From Octopus sinensis (Eukaryota): a stretch of DNA of 64,000 nt. Below are positions 1 to 12,096 of the stretch, piece by piece (the first letter of the stretch is position 1; each line of letters opens with the position of its first letter). Both the position numbers and the translations under genes were made by a program. The stretch spans positions 11,098,001 through 11,162,000 of the forward strand of contig NC_043009.1 of assembly GCF_006345805.1 (NCBI RefSeq). The letters run 5' to 3'. The notes beneath the pieces are model-generated. The model saw nothing but the letters and a program-made list of their open reading frames with translations. It searched no databases and had not been told where the DNA came from.

Positions 1-92
1 CCAATTCATAAGAACACCGACTATTTTGAGGCATTGTTAAGCCAATTCAGCCAGGCATTTTCTATTCGGTTACAATAACTAGATGCGATCAA

Positions 93-190
93 TATGTATG
101 TGTCTATTTATGTATGTATGTATGTATGTATGTATGTATGTATGTATGTATGTATGTATGTATGTGTGTGTGTATGTGTACGTGTGTGTG
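93..190. repeat. (TATG)n/(TG)n microsatellite
   Basis: Direct tandem run in sequence. Confidence 0.95.
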
Positions 191-457
191 GTGTACGAAG
201 GCTTTCGTTCACTGATGATCTAAACGAATAGGTACGCTGTGTAAGTGCTATTATAGGTAATCCGTTAGGTTCCAAATTCACAGCTGCAACTGGAGCTAAG
301 GACCCGTAGTAGGCTTCCGAATTAGCTGGTATATATTAGAGGGCAAAGGACAACAAAAACCAAGGCAGGACGAGTATCTCAAGTCATTTAGAATATTTAA
401 TTAAAGGTAAATTTGAGGTAATTAATTAATTAGTTAACTAGTCAATTAATCATTGCA

Positions 458-535
458 TGTCTTACAGCTGTTTCTGTGACATCCCATGTGATAGGCTAGC
501 ATCTCCATACACTGGGCATTCCATCATCGGAGACA
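458..535 (-). ncRNA. Type I hammerhead ribozyme motif (U4C core variant)
   Basis: Minus strand reads TGTCT-CCGATGA-[stem II]-GAAAC-AGCT-GTA-AGACA. Stem I TGTCT/AGACA is perfect, stem III is the palindrome ACAGCTGT, and the cleavage triplet is GUA. Confidence 0.7.
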
Positions 536-1088
536 AGGTGAGTATGTATGAATGTTCTAGACAAGGAATTCACAGTTTATAAAAGATTAAAATATAGTAG
601 ATAGAAGAATAAAGAGTAAAACAGTAAATAGAAGAATAAATCCATATATTATCGTCTCCCATGGGATATGGAGTTTGGTAGATACTTTCGTGAAGATATA
701 GGCTCTAAATTATAATCCCAAGTAAATCAATGCTATATTTTGGCAATATTTTGAAAGTTGCATTCATGTTGAAGGAAAACGTGAACGCAACATTCAAAAT
801 ACTGCCGAGGTTTACCTGGAATTATACTTAAGGACCTATACCTTCACGGGAGTATGGACCAATCTCCATATCCTCTGGAAGAAGATAGGCTGGGAACTTT
901 ATTCTACAGCCTGTATTCTTCTATCTACTGTTTTGCTCTCTATCCTTCTATCTACCATTTTATTCCTTTATAAACTGTGAGTTCCTTGTCTAGAACTTTG
1001 ATACATACTCATCTTGTCTCCGATGACGGAATATCCAGTGTATGGAGATGCTAGCCTATCTATCACTTGGGATATCCCAGAAACATGT
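467..1088. repeat. ~620-bp diverged foldback palindrome (arms ~467-768 and ~778-1088, ~9-nt centre), probable PLE pseudo-LTR inversion
   Basis: gataggctagcatctccatacactgg (490-515) is the reverse complement of ccagtgtatggagatgctagcctatc (1035-1060). Similarity continues inward to aagttgcattcatgtt / aacgtgaacgcaacatt. Confidence 0.85.
1015..1085 (+). ncRNA. Truncated copy of the same hammerhead in the right palindrome arm
   Basis: TGTCT-CCGATGA-CGGAATATCCA...TGGGATATCCCA-GAAACA; the stem III and stem I' 3' part is lost. Confidence 0.55.
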
Positions 1089-1134
1089 TTGTTGGTATGT
1101 ACATATTAATGCATATATGTATATATGTGTGTGT

Positions 1135-1178
<44 letters not shown>

Positions 1179-1462
1179 ATGTATGTATGTATGTATATAT
1201 ATATATATATATATATCATTGAATAACAAGGGGATAGAAATTAAGTAATCAACACCATTATCTTATAAATGATTTTTTCAGTATGATGTTGCACAATCAA
1301 TCAGACGTGAGGGCGCTATTTCTTGTTGCAGAAACAGTTTATTACGTTAATCCGGTTCCTTTGTCATCAATAATAAATATTACCCTCTGTGCTCGCCTAA
1401 CGCTTTATCCTGAAGCAAATGTATATTAGTATCGCGATGCCTAACCTAAATACCAAATTCTT

Positions 1463-1551
<89 letters not shown>

Positions 1552-1573
1552 CATCTATCCATCTATCCATCCC

Positions 1574-1649
<76 letters not shown>

Positions 1650-1683
1650 CCTATCTATCTATCTATCCCTCTATCTATCTATC

Positions 1684-1729
<46 letters not shown>

Positions 1730-1745
1730 CCTATCTATCTATCTG

Positions 1746-1824
<79 letters not shown>

Positions 1825-1832
1825 GTGTGTGA
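1463..1832. repeat. (TCTA)n then (TA)n microsatellite array
   Basis: Direct tandem runs. Confidence 0.95.
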
Positions 1833-2191
1833 GTGTGTGTGTGAAGCATAATCCGGCAAAACCCGCCAAAGGCAGGTATTTCGGCTAGTTTAGAAATGCA
1901 GAATGGAGACGATCTCGTTTTTATTTCTGACTCATTAAGAACAGCGACCTACCACTCTTATTAGATGACGTGTCAGCGAAATATATTCTTCTTTAGTGAC
2001 AAGAACCGTTTTGATCAATACAGTAATAATACAGTGAGACTGGTTATAGACATGGACAAATTCAAATAAGGTGAGGTGAAAATCTTCGATTTACAGATAA
2101 TTTTGTCTACAGAATTTCCTCTAGGCGTGTTTGAAATTTAAAAATAACAAACGAAGATGATTCCGATGGAATCTTTTGATCGAAAATTTGG

Positions 2192-2442
2192 AACACACCA
2201 ACGCCAGTGGTCAAGCGGTGATCGGGGTCAAACACAAATGCTAAGACACACACACACACACTCACACACACACACACACACACAGATATATACATGATGG
2301 GCTTCTTTTAGTTTCCATCTTCCAGATCACTCACAAGGCTTTGGTTGGCCCAAGGCTATATTAGAATACTCTCTCCCATGATGCCACGTAGTGGGAATGT
2401 GGTTGGGAAGCAAGCTTCTACCCACAGACACGCCTGTGCCTA
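2192..2442 (-). mobile_element. SINE family B fragment (tRNA-like head to internal microsatellite)
   Basis: Matches the copies at 6399-6810 and 52085-52553 (ccacgtagtggga, cactcacaaggctttgg). Confidence 0.75.
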
Positions 2443-2563
2443 TGCATGCGTGTATATACAAAGAGAGAGAGGGAGAGAGAGAGAGAGAGAATTGTGAAAT
2501 AAACAAATAAAGACGCTTGGGTTTGTTATACCTACAAATATACAGGTAAATATATATTAGTGG

Positions 2564-2606
<43 letters not shown>

Positions 2607-2746
2607 GAGAGACAGAAGCAAAAGCTGAAAATATTCAGATGAACAGTCATGTATAAACATATTGATATTGTTATATATTTACGGAGCAGATTTACATGGA
2701 GCACAAAAGATGCTAAAAAACCTAAGGGGAGAGGGCATGGCACGTC

Positions 2747-2896
2747 AAACCCGACAGCTGTTTCTGGGGTTTCGATTTACGTAATATTTGTAATGTTGGC
2801 TGGTTCTGTGAGCAAATATCCAAGAATATGGAAACAGCAGTGTATGCATATAATCATTACCGTAAATCAAGCCTCCGTTGTCAGGGTGGAGGGTCT
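2747..2896 (-). ncRNA. Degenerate type I hammerhead with long stem II
   Basis: Minus strand: AGACCC..CC-CTGACAA-CGGAGGCTTGATTTACG...CGTAAATCGAAACCCCA-GAAAC-AGCT-GTC-GGGTTT. Same GAAACAGCTGTH end as 458-535. G8A should inactivate it. Confidence 0.55.
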
Positions 2897-3099
2897 GCCA
2901 CCATACAGGCACCCCCTCCCAGTGCGCGCACACATACACACACACGTGATTGCCAATATTATTGATTATGGGGAACAGCTTAGAGCAGTGTTCTTAACAC
3001 TAAATGCAAATACTAAATAATAAGGTTTCTCATGTATAATAAGTTGATTTAAAGAATTTCGATCAAGTTAGATTATTTGAGAAATCAGAAGACAAAAGA

Positions 3100-3119
3100 T
3101 TAATCTATCTATCTATCTA

Positions 3120-3201
<82 letters not shown>

Positions 3202-3249
3202 ACTATGTAACTATCTATCTATCTATCTATCTGTCTGTCTGTCTGTTTG

Positions 3250-3287
<38 letters not shown>

Positions 3288-3415
3288 CATCTATCTATCT
3301 ATCTCTCTATATTTATATATATATATATCTATCTATGTATCTATCTATCTATGTATCTATCTATGTATCTATCTATCTATCTATCTATCTGGCTGTTTGT
3401 CTGTCTGTCTGCCTT

Positions 3416-3446
<31 letters not shown>

Positions 3447-3492
3447 ATCTATCTAACTATGTAACTATCTATCTATCTATCTATCAATCTAT
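3100..3492. repeat. (TCTA)n/(TCTG)n compound microsatellite abutting the PLE 5' truncation
   Basis: Direct tandem runs. Confidence 0.95.
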
Positions 3493-5055
3493 CTGCCACC
3501 AAGCTCATCGTCCAAACTCCATGTACGTCACCATCAATTTTCTCTCCCAAATCCATAACCCTAACAACCCTCGTTGCTTCACTGATTTTTGCCTGTAACT
3601 GCCCCACTGAACTTATTTCTGAATACCTGAACCTAATCCTTTCCACCGCAGTAGCTTCTCTCCCGTTTTACGTCCACGACACTACTCATCTCTTTTGCCT
3701 TTTCAATTCCTTTCTCTTCCCTCGTGGCTCCTCCCGATCCTCTTTATCACGGACATCAAATCCCTCTTCACGGTCATCCGCGATATGTCGGTCTCCTGGC
3801 TATTCAAAACTTGCTCAACCATCGCACTGTCCGCAAACAAACTCAATCCATCTACACTTCTCCGCCTGAACTCGTTATCCCTCTCAACTGCTTCACTTTG
3901 AGGATTAGGTTTACCAGCATGTATCTGTGATCACCCTGGGAACGAGAATCCGCTCCAACTTAGCCAACTTGGATGGTTCTGTCGAGGTCTAAATCTTCTT
4001 TCAGTTTACCTAGCCGACTCAGAGCTATAGAGTCGGTACATCCTCTCACTCCCATTAACAACTCAGTCATTTCAACTCTTTCGTCTCCACCTATTATCCC
4101 TGTCTTGAGATTATTTCTATAATCTTCGACACCTCTGGCAACCTTCTAGATCTCTCTCTCTCTGGATGCACCCGATCACTCTGTCAACATTTCCACCTTT
4201 CCAACCTATCGACTCATACCTCAGCCTCGTTTCGCCTCTTCCCACGCCAAGTGGGCTCTTCTCTACTCACAGTTTCTCCATATCCAACCTCTGTCCAGCT
4301 GTGATCAGAGTTTTGAGACTCGGTCTCAATACGTAACCAGTCTGTTCACTCATCGTGGATACCCCTCCACCCTTTGTCCCTGATGCCTTTGCCCATGCTT
4401 ACCGAATTGATCGCATCTACAACCTATCTCCTTACCACCTCTCCCAAACGCCACTCCTTTCCTCTCCTTTTTTTCCACCCCTCTACTATATTCCTTCGAC
4501 GGAAAATCCTACGAGGCATCCGACTTCACCAATCCGATCCTATCATCCACTTTGTTTTCAACAACCCACCAGTCCGCTCTTTCAAACGCGTCCGAAACCT
4601 ATACGACCTACTGTACTGTAGCACTCTACTATCATCTATCCTGGATCCTTCCCTTGCTCCAGACCTCGGTGCCACACCTGACCGTTCACCAACCAACACA
4701 ACATCCTTTATTGCAACTAACCAAAACACCGTTCATTTTGTGAATCTTTCTCATGTATCTCCTCTAATATCATTTATTGTCTTAAATTTACCTTTTGGCG
4801 GTCTTTATATGTTGGACAGTCTGTCCGCCATTTAACCGACATATTTATTAAGAATTTAGGAAACATCCGTCTCCAGAGGGAAACTCTTCTTGCCAGAAAC
4901 TTCTGCTCGATGAACCGCTCCACCCGCCACTTCGACGTCTTCGGCCTGGCCTTTCACCATGGGTCTACCACAACCAAAATCCGTACGAAGTAACAGTGCT
5001 TCTTGTTACGAGATGGATTCAAAACCCCATGTTATAACAGCCACCTTCTTGTAGC
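3493..5055 (+). mobile_element. Penelope-like retroelement, 5'-truncated and frameshifted RT plus GIY-YIG endonuclease pseudogene
   Basis: Manual translation across frameshifts. RT and thumb: QIHNPNNP, CNCPTELISEYL, TDIKSLFTVI, LNCFT, LYSQFLHI...HRGYP. Linker: PPVRSFKRVRNLYDLL. GIY-YIG from ~4763: SNIIYCL...LYVGQSVRHLTD. Confidence 0.88.
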
Positions 5056-5214
5056 GACTCCTTTATTGTAATAGTTTCCAACTTCCATTTCTCTCACCAA
5101 TTTCGTTTTCATTTCCTCTTCTTTCCCCCTCCTTTCTGTCTTCACTTATCTTCCACACGCTTACATATATAATTTACACCTCACCACACACACAACATAG
5201 ATATCTACTGCGCG

Positions 5215-5245
<31 letters not shown>

Positions 5246-5404
5246 ACACTCACACACACACACGTATACATATTGTAAGCTCGTCTAAAACTCAAAAAAT
5301 TCTCACTCCCAAACATTCATACGCGCGCGCACATACGTACATATAACGATACGCATGCTTTTCAATGGAATATCCGCTTGTTTCGTCTTCTCTAGAATTT
5401 TTCC

Positions 5405-5440
5405 TCCATCCGACGAAGAGTCATGCTTGAAATTTCATTC
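5405..5440 (+). ncRNA. Degenerate minimal hammerhead at the PLE 3' end
   Basis: CCGACGA-AGAG-TCATG-CTT-GAAA. The position downstream of GIY-YIG is the usual PLE location; stems I and III are decayed. Confidence 0.45.
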
Positions 5441-5588
5441 CTACTTCTATATTTGTTAACTAAAATCGTCAGATTTTCAATCTAATGTATTCATTGTGTA
5501 CGAACAACTGACTTTTATTTCTTCCTGTGTTTTTTTTTTGCCAATGTATACATACATGCATACATACATACATACATACATACATACA

Positions 5589-5660
<72 letters not shown>

Positions 5661-5667
5661 TACACAA

Positions 5668-5956
5668 GGAGGCGCAGTGGCCCAGTGGTTAGGGCAGCGG
5701 ACTCGCTGTTTCGATTCCCAGATCAGGCGTTGTGAGTGTTTATTGAGCGAAGACACCTAAAAGCTCCGGCAGGAGGGTGGTGGCGATCCCTGATGTACTC
5801 TTTCGCCACAACTTTCTCTCACTCTTTCTTCTGTTGGCCTGCTTGCTTAGCCAGCGGGGTGGCGTCATTTGAAGGCTAAAACAATGTGAAGCGCATTGTA
5901 ACCAGCGATGTGTAGCAACATCTGATGGACTGGTCGGTCACGGTGATCACGGTGAT
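5668..5956 (+). mobile_element. tRNA-derived SINE family A, tail type 1
   Basis: A box TGGCCCAGTGG, B box GTTTCGATTCC; the 5' half is shared with 20805-21180 and 39896-40276. Confidence 0.85.
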
Positions 5957-6398
5957 ATACACACACAAACACATTTACAAAGTTTGGGGAAAGAGAGAAT
6001 ATAATGCGTACAGCGAAAATCAACCCATTAACAATAGAACTGTTGGTAAAGACTATATAAGGAATATAATGAGTTAGAATACTCCGATAAAATTTGATAA
6101 TCTGAGCACATTGTCGACAAAAGCAGCTCTCTGTGTTTTCAATATTTAAAAAAATATGGGAGATATTTCCAATATGAACAATTGATCGAAAATCGACAAA
6201 TAACGCCATGTAGACGTTTTCCAAGTCTAAATATAGCCAGCGTGGAAGATGTTTCTAATCTGGTCTGGGGATCGAAATTTTGTCGAACAAAATCGATAAT
6301 GCAGAGCGTGAATGTATTTTCTGAAGCCGAGTCATAAAAGCAACGGCCACAAGCTGGAACATCCTTTTGGAGTGAACAAGGATTGATTAATATACATA

Positions 6399-6810
6399 GG
6401 CGCAGTGTGGTAAGTAGCTTGCTAACCAACCACATGGTTCAGGGTTCAGTCCCACTGCGTGGCACCTTGGGCAAGTGTCTTCTACTATAGCCCCGGGCCG
6501 ACCAATGCCTTGTGAGTGGACTTGGTAGACGGAAACTGAAAGAAGTCTGTCGTATATATGTATATATATATATATGTATGTGTGTGTGTCTGTGTTTGTC
6601 CTCCTAGCATTGCTTGACAACCGATGCTGGTGTGTTTACGTCCCCGTAACTTAGCGGTTCGGCAAAAAGAAACCGATAGAATAAGTACTGGGCTTACAAA
6701 AAGAATAAGTCCTGGGGTCGATTTACTCGACTAAAGGCGGTGCTCCAGCATGGCCGCAGTCAAATGACTGAAACAAGTAAAAAGAATTAAAAAAAAGTAA
6801 AAAAAAGAAT
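6399..6810 (+). mobile_element. tRNA-derived SINE family B with internal (TA)n(TG)n
   Basis: Near-identical to 44932-45322, 52085-52553 and 63296-63692; A-rich (GTAAAA-like) tail. Confidence 0.9.
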
Positions 6811-6922
6811 ACCGATAGACATAAATTAGTTCCGTGTCCTATGAGTATCACTAATGGGACAGACACCTAGAATAAAGTATCTTCATAAAGAAATTAAAAT
6901 ACGGTATATATATCTATCTTTA

Positions 6923-7114
6923 CGAGGCGGTGCTGAAAAGGTCTTGGGTTTAAGGGTTCCGGGAAAGGCCTGGCTGGAGGCTCTATCTTCCGAGATCCAT
7001 TTACAGAGCTTAGAATATCTGTATTATGTGAATCTGAGAGGGGAATATATTGGATAAAATCATAATTAACTGATTATATTTTGCCGAAGCCAGAAACCTT
7101 TCAGCACGCCCCCG
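6923..7114 (+). mobile_element. Internally deleted mariner derivative (MITE)
   Basis: TIRs CGAGGCGGTGCTGAAAAGG / CCTTTCAGCACGCCCCCG with TA on both sides; retains the transposase end RGEYIG*. Confidence 0.75.
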
Positions 7115-7483
7115 TATATATATATATATATATAATAAATTAGAGAAAAAACACTATTATGTAAGTCAAACAATGATAGACATAAATCATATCATATAGA
7201 AAAAATGAAATATATTATAAAACATATAACTAGATCACAAAAAGTACAAAAAATGAATAAACAATATATATATATATATATATATGTGTGTTTGTGTGTG
7301 TGTGTGTGTGTATGTGTGTACTACATATGTAGGAAATTCTAAAAGAAGCAGCACGTATGGTAGGACACAACAACCTCCTAAGCAGACGGAGTGCAGATCT
7401 GAATGGCATATGGTAACCAGTATTAAGGAAGGACATGAGAATATTAGATTTATAAGCCCTAAAATTCACTCCATAATTACCAA

Positions 7484-7760
7484 CGGGCATATGGCGTAGT
7501 GGGTAAGAGCGCGGCTAATAACCCCAAGATTCTGAAATCGATTCCAGGCAGTGACCTGAATAATAACTATAATAATAATAACATCGAAAAATACCTTAGG
7601 AATGAGAACCCAGGTTCGAAATTTCCCCAAGACATCTGATGAAGGCTGGAGGGTATATCAGCCGGAACGTGTTAACAACAAACAAGATGAAGACAAATAT
7701 CCGTCAAATGTAAAAAATTTAAATAATGCACATAATTCCTCATCTATTAAATATAGATGT
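7484..7760 (+). mobile_element. tRNA-headed SINE-like element carrying an internal hammerhead motif
   Basis: A box TGGCGTAGTGG (7492) and B-box-like ATCGATTCC (~7537), followed by the HHR motif at 7631-7675. Confidence 0.65.
7631..7675 (+). ncRNA. Minimal type I hammerhead (degenerate copy)
   Basis: GACAT-CTGATGA-A-GGCTG-GAGGGTATAT-CAGCC-GGAAC-GT-GTT. Stem II is a perfect 5 bp; GAAA is mutated to GGAA. Confidence 0.6.
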
Positions 7761-8341
7761 TAGATATATGTTAGAGTTATTTTCCCAATTTATCCAGTAC
7801 CAACCTTAAACAAGTAAATAGTATTTTCCTAAACAATAGATTCACATACATTGCCCAGTGACTTATTCACGAATATACCAACACTAGCGCCTCTGAGGTT
7901 AATATTCCCTGGAAACGCACATAAGCCCTTTTCAGAGTTATTTACTTTGAATTGTTATTATCTCATATTTGATTAGACTGCTATTACGTAACATGCTTCA
8001 CGATTTTAGTATATATATACCTTATTTCCTCCTAAGTTCTATATACTCTGGGAATGCATTAAAGCCATTTTAAGGGCTACTTTATTTGAATTCTTACTAT
8101 CAGGTAACTAATTTCATGTTATTACATAACTGACTTCACAATTTGGGTATTCATAACTTATTTGGGAATTTCTAAAAACAAGATCCTGTGTAAGACAGTT
8201 AGGTAGTCTCTGTAAATGCACAAAAACCGTTTTAAGGGCTACATACTTTGTATTGTTGTTATTGGATTAGCGAAACATTTATGAGAACGGAAACGAGTGA
8301 TAAGACCCGCTTTTCTGCGAATTACTGGGTGTGTCAGCTAG

Positions 8342-8380
<39 letters not shown>

Positions 8381-8387
8381 TATATGT

Positions 8388-8428
<41 letters not shown>

Positions 8429-8959
8429 CGTATGTATGTGTGCCTATATGTATTTGTGCATAAATCACACCCCTACTTCAGAGTTAAATCTTGGGGTAGA
8501 ACATTTTCCCATCATAGTTTCAGCTTTTTCCGTATATTAGTTGCATTCCAGATTTTTCCGTTAAAGTCAAGTATGAAAGAGTTCAGCTTATAAACAAATA
8601 AGTACAGTTTAGATAATGTAATTTAATCGCTGTTCCTGAAGTCACTGCATTACGTGTTGTTTTTCTTTTTGTATTTAGTATGCGGTCAGAATTTCTCTCA
8701 TATATTTTCTGTCAGGAATGTGTTAGAATGTACAAACTTCATTATGCACAGATACACAAATACACACCGAAGCAAAAGTACAGATGGAAAAAATGAACAC
8801 TAATTTATTGCACAAACGCAGATATCACATCATCTTACAAACTGTTTTAAAAACTTAGGAGAAAGCATATGTCAATGATAGATTTAGAGCCAATAATATA
8901 TATGCGTAAAGAAACAAATCATTTATAAATATAAGCAGTTATACGTTGATGAATGCATA

Positions 8960-8984
8960 TATACTGCCACACACATATATATAC

Positions 8985-9030
<46 letters not shown>

Positions 9031-9073
9031 ATAGTATATATATTATATACATATATATATATATATATAATAC

Positions 9074-9115
<42 letters not shown>

Positions 9116-9121
9116 TATACA

Positions 9122-9195
<74 letters not shown>

Positions 9196-9240
9196 CTATA
9201 TATATATATATACACATATATATATATATTATATGTATAC
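8960..9240. repeat. Imperfect (TA)n array
   Basis: Direct. Confidence 0.95.
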
Positions 9241-9779
9241 AGATATAAGAATACATGTAGGTTTGTATCTATTTAGAGAACCATGCAAATATAAGCAAAA
9301 AACATTTAAAAATGTTATTTTGGAAAACGTACTGCATATACAAACACCATAATTGCTGATTCCGAACTCCAGATGCACTCGGCAGAGAAAACAGGAACAC
9401 ATTCTGCTCTATATTATAAACAGACATGCACATATCTCCACGCATTATATTAGTGAGTAGGTAGAAGTTCATTCAAATAGATAAGGGAAAAGCGAGTCCA
9501 CGTATCTTATAGAAAAGTAAATATTTTACCTAATGAAAAACTGAGAATATTGAGTATTTTATATATATATATATATATGCTTGTGTGTGCGTATATATAT
9601 TTATATGCTATATTATGATCGTAATTTTTGCGTTAGGTAGGGAGGGCAGAATTTATAAACGGTGTCAAAGAAACTAAGGAGAAAGAAAAGGAAACATAAG
9701 TTGAACACCACAAGACATAAATCGTTTTTTCATATTACATATAGTCACTGACATGCACATAACATGTCGGTCGCCTGAC

Positions 9780-10230
9780 CATCCAATTCTTCTTCATCCG
9801 GTGCACCGTCCTCAAACAAACCCAGCTAATCTACACTTCACCTCGCTGAAGTCGTCCCTCTCAACTACTTCACCCCTCTCCTAATCACAATTGCAACCGT
9901 TACTCAAATTTTGTGACTCATTCTCAATACTTAGCCCGTCTGCCCCACAACGTGGCACCTTCTTTCGCATTTACACACTTGCGGCATGAAACCATACCAA
10001 GATGCCCTACACCACATACAGAGTGGGGATTTTTGTTCGAAAGAGCATAGTATGCTTTTTTTTTTACAGAAAAGTATACCGTAATTTGATGAAACACATC
10101 CACGCAGACAGCTGCACCCCTGTAACTGGAACAGAAAAATTAAAACGTGACAAGTAGGACACGAGCGATGTTGGTGATCTGTGGCCTTGTATACCAATCT
10201 GGTTGGATTTTCATGCAATAACACCCAGAT
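9780..10230 (-). pseudogene. Cys-rich coding remnant (CXC-like transposon C-terminus or EGF-like repeats; unresolved)
   Basis: ORF 9931-10224 contains CSCLRGCVSSNYG..CKKKSILC..CMWC..WYG..VCKCERRC, followed by acidic frames (FEDGAPDEEELDG). Confidence 0.3.
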
Positions 10231-11884
10231 TAGAAGGTATAATCTGAAATATTTCTATTTACTCTCATTATATGGTGTTTGAATTGTCTAGTATTTTACA
10301 ACTACTTTATTTTTTAAAACTTTAAATGTCTTGCATCTCGTCGTCAACCCTTTTGCAATTTTTTTGTAATTTATTTGTACACACCACTTTTGTTAACTTT
10401 TGTTGTAGTATATTGTTGAGCCGTTTTGTGACTAAGCAACAACAAAAAAACAGCAATACAACCGCAACATCAACATCAATGATAATAAGTTTTTTGCTTA
10501 ACATAAGTGTGACGGTTGAAAGGTCAAATAAAGGAAACGTTAAAACTTTAAATAGGTCTCTCTCTCTCTCTATCTCTCTCTCTCTCTATCTCTCTCTCTC
10601 TCTCTCACTCTCTCTTTCTCTGAATCAATCTGCGAGTGTAAAAATACTGAAACACTGAAGGTCATTGGCCGTATTATACTTCCAAGGAAGATAACAAACT
10701 AAAAACATGTTTCAGCATTTGCCCAGAGACTCTCTGAAGAACTTCCGTTTATTGCGTAGTGTTCACGGCGAGATGTTCTCAGCAGCATTGCTGGCATGCT
10801 GCAACATTGTACAGTGATATAGTTTTTCTACTCTGAGTACCACTTTCTGGTACTCAGAGTAATACTGCAGCTTAGTACTCCACTCCTGATGCAGTTTTAT
10901 TCAGTCAGCTACGTTACCTGGGACAATTCTACTCGCTTTCTTGAAGTTATTAAACAAAGAATTAAGTAGAGCAATCCAAGGCCCATTCACCGGAGAGCCG
11001 ACAATTTACGAGTCATTTACATGTGTACAAATATTTCTGTATGTACATTTTTAACGACTTGTGTTGATGCAGTAATTTTGTAATTTAGATCTTCGATGGA
11101 CATAGATATTTTCATTCATAGAATTTTGTACTTCTCTTTCTTGTGTTTATTCCTTCTTTTATCTGATATCGTGTAGACTTGCTAAATCTGTTATCAGAGA
11201 TTTCTAACGATTTGTCTCTTATCAATTTTACCAGTCTCAGAATAATTTTTAACTCAAAATTATCTATTTAGTATATTGTTCAAGTATTTTGAGATGTCTG
11301 AAAGCAAAAAAAAAGGGGTAAAAACAAACATGGATATATAACATATTGATGAACCGATAAAATAGAAAAATGTAATATATATTGATGAATAGATAAGCTA
11401 AAAGAATTTAAAATATATATATTTAAAAATTAGAAATTGCTTAATTACAACTTACCCTGAGCGAAAATTATTTAATCAATTTATTCATCAATACTTCATC
11501 ATTCTTTGAGAAAATGAGAGCCTATGCCATAATAAGAATCAATTTGAGTGTTCTAAATATAAACTGCAAATAATTCGTGGCATATAAAGTCTGGTAAGTA
11601 GTAAGCATTGTATATCGTCTGGAGTGGTACCATTTTCATCTAAATTCTTGTTATTTATCGATGTACAGCCAGACATAGCTTTTGAATTAATGTATCTGAT
11701 GAAGTATCGTCATAGGCTTCTATATAAGACACGACTGAATTCTTAATTGTAAGGAAATGTTCCTGTCAAAGTTATATCTGCAAACAAAAACCCAAAATTA
11801 AAATTACAAGTAAAAGTAATAGCAAAAATGCATATATGTGTCTGTGTGTCTGTATGTGATTCAGTATCCGTGCGTGCGTATATA

Positions 11885-11915
<31 letters not shown>

Positions 11916-12064
11916 ATGTGTGTGTTTGTGTGAGTGTGTATGTATATATATGTATATAATAACATAACCAACTTTGATCTCTATACATATCTTAATTCAC
12001 GATTACGTATCCATCACTGTACATATTTCTCCCCACTACTCTAGTTCTCGAATTTGTGTGTGTG

Positions 12065-12096
<32 letters not shown>

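Noticed and set aside
200-245. CTGATGA-TCTA..TAG hammerhead candidate
   Set aside because: No GAAA and no convincing stem I; too decayed to support.
5668-7550. tRNA genes at SINE heads
   Set aside because: A and B boxes are present but there is no complete cloverleaf, and each continues into a repeat body.
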